Assembly (NCBI GenBank): GCA_040755655.1
Contig: JBFMAP010000002.1
Coordinates: forward strand, 1,398 to 25,397
Length of the DNA: 24,000 nucleotides
Direction: 5' to 3'
Source: Candidatus Micrarchaeota archaeon
GTDB taxonomy: Archaea > Micrarchaeota > Micrarchaeia > Burarchaeales > JBFMAP01
The notes under the pieces were generated by a model. The model was given only the letters and a program-made list of their open reading frames with translations, ran no database searches and had not been told where the DNA came from. The position numbers and the translations under genes were made by a program. The stretch's first letter is position 1. The number at the start of each line of letters is the position of its first letter. This document shows, in pieces, positions 15,878 through 23,891 of the stretch.

Positions 15878-15920
<43 letters not shown>

Positions 15921-16112
15921 CCTTATTCTACAAGCGTCTTAAGCTTGTAAAAAGATGCTCGCGTGGAGCATCACTCAGAGTCCCCCTGTCACGCTTTCGC
16001 GCATTGCAGAGGTTTCGCGCCTGCTGCATCCCGTAGGACTAGAACCCTTGTCTCAGTGTTCTTCTCGGGGCTCCAACTCCCATTGCCCCCACTGATTATC
16101 GGCTTGGTGGGC

Positions 16113-16328
16113 TTGCACTGCGAGACCAAAAAACAAAAATCAAAACAAACACCGCAAACTCGAAACTCGAACCCAACAAACAAAAACAAAAAATCACGCG
16201 CTCGCCAACTCGGGTTGGCTCGCGTCATTCGGCGCGCGCGCCTCGAGGCGCGTCTTTTGTTTTGTTGTTGGTGTTGTTGTCGTTGTTTGTGGTGTCGTTG
16301 AGGTTGGTGATTCATTTTGGTCGCGCAT
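16113..16328 (-). other. 16S insertion L, 216 nt, ORF-less long imperfect hairpin, about E. coli 265
   Basis: GGTAGTTGGTGGGGCAACG|...|GCCCACCAAGCCGATAATCAG is split. One arm is CA-rich and the other GT-rich, and the ends pair (accaaaa/ttttggt, gcgagacc/ggtcgcgc). Confidence 0.75.
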
Positions 16329-16958
16329 CGTTGCCCCACCAACTACCTAATCAGGCGCAGTCTTATCCCATGGCAGACCCGGCTGCATTTCACCGGGCTG
16401 TTTAAATCAGGAAGCGTTCCAGCATCCCTGGTCTATCGGGTGTTAGCCTCAGTTTCCCGAGGGTATCCCCGTCCGCGGGGTAAATTGACTACGTGCTACT
16501 GAGCCGTGTGCCGCCCTTCGAAGCTCGAAGAGCAGACTTGCATGGCTTAATCGGACTCTGATAGCAGTGCCCTCCAGCAGGATCAACTGGAGTTTGCACA
16601 CTATGTGCATTCCGCAAGCTGTAAGGCGGATTCGCACTCACATACGTCGTTCCTTGTTTGGTTCTTGAAGCCTGAAGTCTAATCCAAAAGAGCTTGGATT
16701 ACCATTTTTCCTAGAACGCGTTCTTTGAGGAGCGCGTTCGATTATGTACGCTGCAGTGGAAGTGAAAATTTCATCGCACGAAAACTCAGAATTCGCGCTC
16801 TTTACCGCCGGAAACTGCAGCGAGTTTTCGGTAGCATATCTTTTATAGAGCAAGGTTTAAATACGTTTTCCTCTCCCTCGGTGGCGCTCAAAAAACACGA
16901 AGAGTACAATTATATCGCGCAAACTGTATTTTGGTAAAATTATTGCAAAATCTAATTA

Positions 16959-17546
16959 TTACTTTTTTACATCCTTAAATTGGCTGAATTCGCTCGCTCT
17001 TTTCTCAAAATCCTTCTTTCTTACTTCTTTTTTCTTCTTTATCTCAACAACCTTTCGAGGTGCTTTCTTTTTCTCAACGCGCAGCACGCGAAGCAGCCTT
17101 TGCACTATTCCTCCTCCAATCCCCCCTTCTTTCCTCTTTTCCTCCCCTGCGCGCGTTTCCGAGACCTCCCTCCTTCCCTCCTCGCCCCTTCCAAAGCACT
17201 CCTCGCACACGGACTCGCCGCCAGGCAGGATGAAAACAGGCGGGCGAATGCCCCTTCCGCAGCGCGCGCACACCTCCACGAACCTCTCCTTCTCCAATGC
17301 CTTCCTCTTCCTCTCCTCAGCCTCCCTTCTCTCGAGCGTGATGTCGTTGAAGCAGTAAGAGCAAAGCCACCACGTGTCAAGCATGCGCAGCTCTATCCGA
17401 GGAATGATTACCCCGCAGCGCCTGCACATCCCCATCTCGTCCTCGAAATCCATGTCCGCGCTGCACGCCACGCACACCGCGGTCCCGCGCGTATAGTGAA
17501 CCTCGTCATGGCCGACCGCGCGCCCGCACCGTGAGCAGTATGCCAT
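16959..17546 (-). CDS. triple zinc-ribbon protein with a Lys/Glu-rich tail
   Basis: Three CxxC...CxxC units: CSRCG...CVAC, CRRCG...CSYC, CARCG...CEEC. The ORF-track start at 17552 is TTG; an ATG lies at 17546. Confidence 0.6.
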   Translation of the reverse strand: MAYCSRCGRAVGHDEVHYTRGTAVCVACSADMDFEDEMGMCRRCGVIIPRIELRMLDTWWLCSYCFNDITLERREAEERKRKALEKERFVEVCARCGRGIRPPVFILPGGESVCEECFGRGEEGRREVSETRAGEEKRKEGGIGGGIVQRLLRVLRVEKKKAPRKVVEIKKKKEVRKKDFEKRASEFSQFKDVKK

Positions 17547-17779
17547 CAGCAAACACCACGTTCTACATTCACGATACGGATATGTTTTGCGCGGTGGTAT
17601 TTAAACTTGCGAGTCGTGTTTTCGGGTTTCGAGTCGCGCGCATTGGGCGCGCTCGAGCGCGCGTCGCTCACGTCGAGTCACGTCGGGAATAGAAACGAAT
17701 ATAAATGGGAAAAGGCATAACGTAATACTAACTCTGTGAATTTCTGTGAATTCTGCGATTGTGCTGGTGATGTGGTTTT

Positions 17780-18700
17780 ATGAACGAGTTCAGGTTTCCG
17801 AGTTCGAATCCGTATTATAAGAAACCTACAAATTTTGGTAGGCGATTCCATCACGAGGAAAACGAAGAAAAGAAAACGAGTGGTGGGGGGTTTTCAAAAG
17901 AAGAGCCGAAAATAGATGAATTAACAACAGAGGAAAAAGAGTTGAGCGCGACATATAACAGATTTAAGCAGGTGTACGAAGACCTAGACAACGCTCGAAA
18001 GGAGATACACTATTGGCTTCACGCGAGATCGAGAACCTTGGACTCGCTACATAAAGTTGCTTCCTGCTGTAGCCGAATTAATCGAAATATCAGAATATCA
18101 ATAACTGACCTTGATGTAGCGGATAATCCATACTTAAAAAAATTGGACTCTGCCTTAGAAATTTTGTGTCGAACGACAATGGGCGAGGATGTAGGATGGA
18201 AGGCCAAGGATGTGAAAAATCAACTTGATGCAATGAATCAGGTTGAATTAGCAATGCCGGAAATTGAGAAGGTTGTTAAGGCAAAAATCATACCGTTTGA
18301 GATACCGAAAGAGCTAAGAAAAAATCTGGATCTTAACGATGCGGTTGTATGTTACAGATACGGTTGTTATCCTTCTGCGCAGGTTGCATGTAGGCGAGCT
18401 TACGAAGGCGCGCTTGCCAAAGCATATGAAATCATTACAAAGGAACCGCCTCTTGAAAAAAATGGATACTTCAAGGGAGTTAGAGCGCTGCATGACTGGG
18501 CGTATAAAAGACATCTTGTCGATATTAGGACAGATTCGCTCGGGAGTCTGGTTGCCGACCTTGGAGCGAATGGCGCGCATCCGCCGCTTGAAGCATTTCC
18601 AAGAGATAAACAAACAGCAAAGCTTGCTATTGAAACGACAATTACATTACTAAAGGAACTTGATAGGAACGTAAGACAAATCGAAGTTAAGAAAGCATAG
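17780..18700 (+). CDS. hypothetical protein with a DUF4145/HEPN-like C-terminal domain (306 aa)
   Basis: The C-terminal pattern A-x11-A-x4-RRAYEGAL...LHDWAYKRHLV...LVADLGANGAHP...AIETTITLLKEL matches my recollection of DUF4145 (..RxaLE..l..L....i...l..iRxxGNxaaH). ATG start. Confidence 0.55.
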   Translation: MNEFRFPSSNPYYKKPTNFGRRFHHEENEEKKTSGGGFSKEEPKIDELTTEEKELSATYNRFKQVYEDLDNARKEIHYWLHARSRTLDSLHKVASCCSRINRNIRISITDLDVADNPYLKKLDSALEILCRTTMGEDVGWKAKDVKNQLDAMNQVELAMPEIEKVVKAKIIPFEIPKELRKNLDLNDAVVCYRYGCYPSAQVACRRAYEGALAKAYEIITKEPPLEKNGYFKGVRALHDWAYKRHLVDIRTDSLGSLVADLGANGAHPPLEAFPRDKQTAKLAIETTITLLKELDRNVRQIEVKKA

Positions 18701-18791
18701 AATAATCAGCCGCCTTCTTCATAACCTCAGAAAACATTCATCTTCCTGTTTTTAACTCAGCGCACGAGCGCGAGAAATGTTTAATAATTAG

Positions 18792-19793
18792 TTGCGCGAT
18801 AAAATAATACTTATTCTTGTGATGTTTGGGGGTGGGTTTGTGGCAGGGGTACAGGTCAATTTTCCTCAGCCAAGAGAGATGCGTAATGAAAAGAATGTTG
18901 GGGTTCTGGAGGGCGTTGCTAAGATTTTTGGAAAATCTCCCCACTACTATCTGGACTTGTCGGTGAGACAAAAAACGCGTGATGAACAAAAAACGTATTC
19001 CATCGAAGATGTGTATAAAGACCTGAGAACCGCTCGGGAGCTGATTCAACACTTGCAATGGGACAGCCGGCATGATTCGGAGAATGGGCATACGCAAATG
19101 TACATGAACGAAACTATAGCTGTTTTTGGTAGGATACACCGAAATCTTACTGAGAGGAGAGAGTTGAAGGAGGCAGACGATAAGGACTCGGAAAAACTGC
19201 GCTCCGAGGTTCTCGCGCATTTGGATAATATGGTCTATAAAGAGGATTACTCGGCAAAACTGCGCGCGATGGGTGAGTTGTTCGCGCTCATTCCAGAAGT
19301 GGAAAAAGTCATCGAGAAAATGAAATTCGAGATACCGCGCGTGGTGCCTGCAAATAGCTCGGCCCGCGAGAAGCTTAAAAAGGCGATCGGATACTGGAGA
19401 ACCGGCGATCAAAAATACGAGCCCAGAAGGAATTATGAACTTTGTCTTATGCTGTGCAGGGGTGCTGGAACGAGCGCGCTCGAGGACGCGTACTGGCAGG
19501 TAAGTCCCAAAAAAACCATACCCGATGAAGCCGGACTTTATAAATGGGCTGTTGAGAATAAACTCGTCTCTACTGAAATGAGTGAGAAATTTGTAAAAGG
19601 AGCGTACGGGGTGTCCCTCGGGAATATGAAGTGTGTTCAAAACGATATGGACTGGGATGTCGAGATTCCGGAGACGCATGGGGTCATGGTAAATGAAAAA
19701 AGAGCAAGGCTCGGCGTTCAGGTGACAGTTGAATTTCTCAAAGAGCTTTACGCGAATATGGAATCCCGCAAACGCGTCGGTGAAATGCCGTAA
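18792..19793 (+). CDS. divergent paralog of the preceding gene, possibly N-terminally membrane-anchored (333 aa)
   Basis: Shared blocks are VYKDLRTAREL vs VYEDLDNARKE, IPEVEKVIEKMKFEIP vs MPEIEKVVKAKIIPFEIP, and VEFLKELYAN vs ITLLKELDRN. The start is either TTG at 18792 (giving IILILVMFGGGFVAGV) or ATG at 18822. Confidence 0.55.
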   Translation: MRDKIILILVMFGGGFVAGVQVNFPQPREMRNEKNVGVLEGVAKIFGKSPHYYLDLSVRQKTRDEQKTYSIEDVYKDLRTARELIQHLQWDSRHDSENGHTQMYMNETIAVFGRIHRNLTERRELKEADDKDSEKLRSEVLAHLDNMVYKEDYSAKLRAMGELFALIPEVEKVIEKMKFEIPRVVPANSSAREKLKKAIGYWRTGDQKYEPRRNYELCLMLCRGAGTSALEDAYWQVSPKKTIPDEAGLYKWAVENKLVSTEMSEKFVKGAYGVSLGNMKCVQNDMDWDVEIPETHGVMVNEKRARLGVQVTVEFLKELYANMESRKRVGEMP

Positions 19794-19801
19794 AGGCGAG
19801 C

Positions 19802-20113
19802 CTACTTCTTCCTCAATCCCGCGATTGAGGACTCTATCCTCTCGAGCGTGATTGGTTTCGAGGTGTCAATCTTCTTCCCCGCTAGTTTGCTGAACGCGCG
19901 CGCGGAAACGGAGAAGAGTTTGCGCGCGTAGGGGTTGTGCATCTCGAAGTTCGCGAGCATCCACGCGAGCTCTGCCGCGTCGTAAAGAGTCTTGGAGTCG
20001 CACTGCTCGAGTTTTAGCGAAACCTCGTCAAGAACATTCAGACCATCTGCTATTGTTGATTCTATCGCGGCGTATGCCTTCACGCGCTCATCAACGACCT
20101 GCCCTCCTCCCAT
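19802..20113 (-). CDS. hypothetical protein (103 aa)
   Basis: ATG start and plausible helical composition. No recognisable motif. Confidence 0.45.
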   Translation of the reverse strand: MGGGQVVDERVKAYAAIESTIADGLNVLDEVSLKLEQCDSKTLYDAAELAWMLANFEMHNPYARKLFSVSARAFSKLAGKKIDTSKPITLERIESSIAGLRKK

Positions 20114-20172
20114 AAAACCACCATATGAATTACCGCCCGATTATATAAATCTTTTTCCCGCATCGTTTATCC

Positions 20173-21267
20173 ATGGTTTCTTTCAGGAGGGTGCTCGAGT
20201 TCCTGCTTCCATACACGAGGAGCGGCGTGTACGAGAGCGTGGACATCCGCGCGCTGAAAGGCATCGTGAAACTTTCCGAGAACGAGGCGCCCTGGGACCC
20301 GCCCGAAGAACTCATTGAGGTTTTCCGAGAAAGTTTCGAGGGGGTCAGGAGATATCCTCATTCTGGTTATGATAAGTTGAGCGCGAGGATTGCGGAATAC
20401 GCTGGATGCGAAAAGGAGCAGGTGGCTGTTGGAAGCGGCGCGATCGCGCTCCTCGATAATGCGCAGCGCGCGCTCCTTGAGCCCGGGGACGCGGTTGTTT
20501 TTCCAATTCCCACGTACCACGAGGCGATGAGGAGAACGATGCTGAATTATGGCTCCGTGAGAATGGTGAAGAGAAATGAAAAATTTGAAATCGACGCGGA
20601 AACGGTGATAAGCGAGGCAAAGAGCACGGGCGCGAAGATGGTTTACGTGTGCTCGCCCAACAATCCAACTGGAACGACAACAACTTTCGAGACGACGAAA
20701 AAAATCGCGGAAAATATTGAAGGCGTGGTTGTTGTTGATGAGGCGTATTTCGAGTTTTGCGGCGAGACGGCGAAGGATTTGGTGCGCGAGTTTGATAACG
20801 TGATTGTACTTCGTACTTTTTCAAAGGCGTTCGGGATGGCTGGCCTTCGCGTTGGCTACGCGCTCACAAGCGAGAAAATCGCGGAGGCGATAAACAAGGT
20901 GAGGCTTCCCTATGACGTGAACGCGCTCGCGGAGAGCGCGGTGATGTGGATGCTTGATAATGAGGATTATTTGGAAAAGGTGGTGGAGCACGTGAAAAGC
21001 GAGCGGGCGAGGATGTTCGGGGAGTTGCGCGCGATTGAGGGGTTGGAGCCGCTTCCCTCTGGAGCGAACTTCATCCTCTCGCTCGCGCGCGGCATCGACA
21101 CTGCGGCGGTGCAGAAGGAACTCAAATCAAATGGGATACTCATTAACTCCTTCAAAACATACGTTGGTCTCCCTGAAAGCATAAGAGTTGGAATCGGCAC
21201 GCGCGAGCAGAACGAGATGATGATGAAAATGCTGAAGGAAGCGGTTGGAAAATTTAGTATTTTCTGA
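20173..21267 (+). CDS. hisC: histidinol-phosphate aminotransferase-like class I/II aminotransferase
   Basis: LSENEAPWDPP, VCSPNNPTG, and the PLP-lysine motif RTFSKAFGMAGLRVGY. TATA-like ttatataaat lies about 25 nt upstream of the ATG. Confidence 0.75.
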   Translation: MVSFRRVLEFLLPYTRSGVYESVDIRALKGIVKLSENEAPWDPPEELIEVFRESFEGVRRYPHSGYDKLSARIAEYAGCEKEQVAVGSGAIALLDNAQRALLEPGDAVVFPIPTYHEAMRRTMLNYGSVRMVKRNEKFEIDAETVISEAKSTGAKMVYVCSPNNPTGTTTTFETTKKIAENIEGVVVVDEAYFEFCGETAKDLVREFDNVIVLRTFSKAFGMAGLRVGYALTSEKIAEAINKVRLPYDVNALAESAVMWMLDNEDYLEKVVEHVKSERARMFGELRAIEGLEPLPSGANFILSLARGIDTAAVQKELKSNGILINSFKTYVGLPESIRVGIGTREQNEMMMKMLKEAVGKFSIF

Positions 21268-21393
21268 ATTCCTTCTCGTTCTGGACCTTGACTCTTCCGG
21301 AGCTTATCTCACGCCTCGCCTTATCAATCATTTTTGCGTACTCCTCTTCCTCTGCCCGTTCCAATACGTTGTATTTGCGTATCCTAACGCCCA

Positions 21394-22056
21394 TTATACC
21401 ACCACTCTTAAAGAAATCTCAATTCTCTCCTTTCCGGCGCCCGGCTTCTTTCCGCGCGCAACCGCCACGCCGCCTATCTCACTGGAGTTTTTCACGTGCG
21501 TGCCAGCGCACATCATCCTCGGGAAAGGAGACATCTCCCAGTACCGCTTTCCATCCTCGTCCCACGTGCGTATCTCTCGCGCCTCCTTCACAGTTTCATT
21601 TGCTTTAGCCTCAACGAGCGCGAGCCTCTCTTTATCTAGGGGCGTGCTGAACAGATAATCCGAGCGGTCCTTCTTCTCATCAACGATTCCGGGCGACGCG
21701 ATGGTGCACTCCTCGCCGAAAACTTCCTTCATCAGATAATAAACGATGTGCGCGGACGAGTGAAGTTTCATCGTTGCGTAGCGCTTGTCCCAGTCAATTT
21801 TTCCGCGAACAACGGAATCAACAGCAAACTCTGGCGCGCGCTCGAGTGAATGAAGTATGTTTTCATTTTCATCCTTTGTGGTGTTGATGACTTTTATCCC
21901 GTTTATCTCACCTATGTCGCCGACCTGCCCGCCCCCGCGCGGGTAGAAACAGGTTTTATCTAAAATAACGCTGTTGAAAGCAGAATCGATTGAAACCACG
22001 CGCGCATCGAACTCGCGCATGTAGGGGTCTTTCCAGAAAAGTTTTTCAGTCGTCAC
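21394..22056 (-). CDS. alaX: AlaX-type alanyl-tRNA editing protein (about 220 aa)
   Basis: TTEKLFWKDPYMREFDARV at the N-terminus, with Zn motifs HSSAH (HxxxH) and CAGTH (CxxxH). The proposed GTG start at 22054-22056 overlaps the PadR stop (GTGA). The 387-aa ORF-track extension upstream overlaps PadR out of frame and is rejected. Confidence 0.75.
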   Translation of the reverse strand: MTTEKLFWKDPYMREFDARVVSIDSAFNSVILDKTCFYPRGGGQVGDIGEINGIKVINTTKDENENILHSLERAPEFAVDSVVRGKIDWDKRYATMKLHSSAHIVYYLMKEVFGEECTIASPGIVDEKKDRSDYLFSTPLDKERLALVEAKANETVKEAREIRTWDEDGKRYWEMSPFPRMMCAGTHVKNSSEIGGVAVARGKKPGAGKERIEISLRVVV

Positions 22057-22370
22057 TTGAACGCCTCTACCAAATCGTGGAAAATTCGGTGGCACATTTT
22101 GCCCGCAGAGCGCAGCTCGGCGCGTCCTGCGCGCGTGAGGGAGTATCTTTTCACCCTTCCCTCTGTCTTGTAGGCTATCATTTTTTCCTTCGCGAGCCTC
22201 TTGAGCGCTGGGTATATCGTTCCCGGGTTGAGCCTGGCGCCCTTGCGCGCGCCTATCTCGCGCGCCAGCTCCTCCCCGCTCAGACTTTTTTTTCGCAGGG
22301 ACCAGAGTATTAATAGTGACAGGAAGCCGCGCATGTCGCAGCACGACGGCGCCGGGCAGCAGCGTTTCAT
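22053..22370 (-). CDS. PadR-family transcriptional regulator with an N-terminal CC-x5-CC extension
   Basis: CCDMRGFLSLLILWSL...LSGEELAREI...NPGTIYPALKRLAKEKMI is the PadR winged helix. The N-terminus is MKRCCPAPSCC. Confidence 0.8.
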   Translation of the reverse strand: MKRCCPAPSCCDMRGFLSLLILWSLRKKSLSGEELAREIGARKGARLNPGTIYPALKRLAKEKMIAYKTEGRVKRYSLTRAGRAELRSAGKMCHRIFHDLVEAFK

Positions 22371-22407
22371 GTTGGGGTATTGGACAGGCGATATATTTAA
22401 ATATTAG

Positions 22408-22437
22408 TATTGGGCATACAATATTGCATATCCAATA
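22408..22437. promoter_or_regulatory. inverted repeat TATTGG-N18-CCAATA with a central CAATATTG palindrome; candidate PadR operator
   Basis: It lies in the 90-nt divergent intergenic region, next to the TATA-like atatatttaaatatta (22391-22406). Confidence 0.4.
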
Positions 22438-22460
22438 TAAAGGATTGCGGAGTTGGAAAG

Positions 22461-22619
22461 ATGGAAAAAGACGAGAAACTGTGCTGCGAGACGAAAGTGT
22501 ACGAGACCGAGGAGGGCGTGCGCATCGAGGCAAAGGGCAAGGGAGTGAAGGAGGCACTGAAGAACTTCAAGGAGGGAAAGATGGGATGTTGCTGCTGCGC
22601 GCCCTTCGGGAAGGGCTGA
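22461..22619 (+). CDS. small Cys-rich protein (52 aa)
   Basis: MEKDEKLCCETKVYETEEGVRIEAKGKGVKEALKNFKEGKMGCCCCAPFGKG. ATG at 22461 is preceded by ggag. It is divergent from the CC-rich PadR gene. Confidence 0.5.
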   Translation: MEKDEKLCCETKVYETEEGVRIEAKGKGVKEALKNFKEGKMGCCCCAPFGKG

Positions 22620-22679
22620 GCCCTCCCTCTTTTTTTGTTTTTATTGCTGTTTTGTGAAGAAAGTTATGCAAGGATATCA

Positions 22680-23714
22680 TCAAAGCAAGAACGTGGCCTT
22701 AAAAAGAAGCGGATCCGACAGATAGTATTTGTCATCCCTCTTTTCTATAAACGAATAAGTCATCAATTTCGTCAAAGCGAATGTAAACAGGTTCGGATTC
22801 AGTCTGGCCCCAAGTTCGCGCCCGGTTGTGTTTCTAAGCTCGTTCCAACTCGTGCCCTTCGCGTTCCGTAGTATGGCCAGATAAAGCTTCCTGTTTCTTG
22901 TTTTTTTGAGGAAGTGCAGGAGCTCAGAGGCGGCTATTCTTGCTGCGGTTTCCGCGGTTTTTTCAAGTGCATTTTTGTTTTTCATAATACCTCTCTCATA
23001 ACCGTATAGGGTAAGCCAGCCGGCCAGGCCGTCAAGCTCCGTTATGGCTCCCTCAATTTCTTCATCTCTTATCTTAACATCTATCTGCTCAAATCCCTTC
23101 CTGAGAAACTCCATCGACCTGTTTTTGTCCAGCCTTTCCATGTTTATCTTTACTATGTTCCTCCCATAAAGCGAGTGTTCGCTATCGTCTTCTCCAAGTA
23201 TGTCCTCAACAAGCCCTATCTCGCTTCCTGAAATGACAAAAGAAATCTGGGGGAAACGGTCATAACAATAAGACAGAACGTCGGCCAGCGCCTTCCTTTC
23301 CATCCGCTGCGCTTCATCGATAAAAACGCAGATTGGCCCGGCATGCGCAATCTTCTTTTCAATCTCATTTTGGCTCTCAGCACCGAGCTTTACGCCCAAG
23401 CCAACCCCGAAAGCAGATACATTGAGGCTCTCTATCTTCCCAAATATCTTCGGCTTTCCGGATTTCACTGTCTCGTATATCGCCGCGAAAATCTCTTTTT
23501 TCGGATCGGAAACTATTCTTCCGTCAAGCCATATCTTGAGATTTTTAGTTTCATTGTATATTATGTTCAGAAGGCTCGTTTTCCCAACCCGCCTTACCCC
23601 TATAATTGCGATTATTTTGTCCCTTCTCAGAATCGCCTTTTTTACCTGCTCATACTCAAAGGCATAGTTGAAGAAATCCTCCTTTTTGCTTTTTGGCTCA
23701 GTCTCAAAGTACAT
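22680..23714 (-). CDS. archaeal ATPase (Arch_ATPase/AAA+ with a C-terminal wHTH, DUF234-like)
   Basis: Walker A GVRRVGKTSLL and Walker B CVFIDEAQ. The ORF-track start at 23753 is TTG; an ATG lies at 23714 with the TATA-like TTTATAAATA about 15-25 nt upstream. Confidence 0.75.
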   Translation of the reverse strand: MYFETEPKSKKEDFFNYAFEYEQVKKAILRRDKIIAIIGVRRVGKTSLLNIIYNETKNLKIWLDGRIVSDPKKEIFAAIYETVKSGKPKIFGKIESLNVSAFGVGLGVKLGAESQNEIEKKIAHAGPICVFIDEAQRMERKALADVLSYCYDRFPQISFVISGSEIGLVEDILGEDDSEHSLYGRNIVKINMERLDKNRSMEFLRKGFEQIDVKIRDEEIEGAITELDGLAGWLTLYGYERGIMKNKNALEKTAETAARIAASELLHFLKKTRNRKLYLAILRNAKGTSWNELRNTTGRELGARLNPNLFTFALTKLMTYSFIEKRDDKYYLSDPLLFKATFLL

Positions 23715-23764
23715 GGTTCTACTTTCAGCGCTAATATTTATAAAGTTAAGCAAAATTGAGTTTT

Positions 23765-23782
23765 ACTTAACTTAAGTTAAGT
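23765..23782. repeat. perfect 18-nt palindrome ACTTAACTT/AAGTTAAGT
   Basis: It is self-complementary. The AAGTTAAG motif also occurs at 23744-23751. Confidence 0.5.
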
Positions 23783-23891
23783 TCTATCTTTTTTCATCCT
23801 GAACACATCGCCGGGTGGCCTTTCGTTACAAGGGTTTATAAACCTGAACGCGCATAAATTAGTCGCGGTTAAAAACCGGGGGTGAAACGAA

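Noticed and set aside
15963-16342. ORFs with striking low-complexity peptides (CCWCCCRCLWCR on +; HHKQRQQHQQQNKRR on -)
   Set aside because: They are translations of the CA-rich and GT-rich arms of the 216-nt rRNA insertion hairpin, and they also run through 16S exon sequence.
16596-16958. The rRNA operon promoter (TATA-like TTTAAA / TATAAAAG on the minus strand near 16835-16865) and ORFs 16638-16853 and 16725-16937
   Set aside because: The AT-rich boxes are plausible, but several candidates exist and I cannot place a TSS. The ORFs have no support, so I did not list them as features.
16980-17534. A 184-aa plus-strand ORF and nested minus ORFs (17074-17380) in the zinc-ribbon gene
   Set aside because: These are alternative frames of a GC-rich gene. 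Only the 16959-17546 frame gives regular CxxC zinc-ribbon repeats.
17553-17779. Short direct repeats (ctgtgaatt x2; cgagtcg x2 plus one cgagtca) and a GC palindrome in the intergenic region
   Set aside because: They are too short and degenerate to call an element, and they do not match the 23S repeat family.
18738-19679. A 313-aa minus-strand ORF opposite 18792-19793
   Set aside because: Its composition (Leu/Phe/Arg/His-rich) is typical of the antisense of a Lys/Glu-rich gene. The plus-strand product is paralogous to the neighbouring plus-strand gene.
22057-22557. The N-terminal 167 codons of the 387-aa ORF (21394-22557)
   Set aside because: This stretch is out of frame over the PadR gene and its promoter, with Arg/Pro/Ala-rich composition. 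AlaX homology starts only at 22056.
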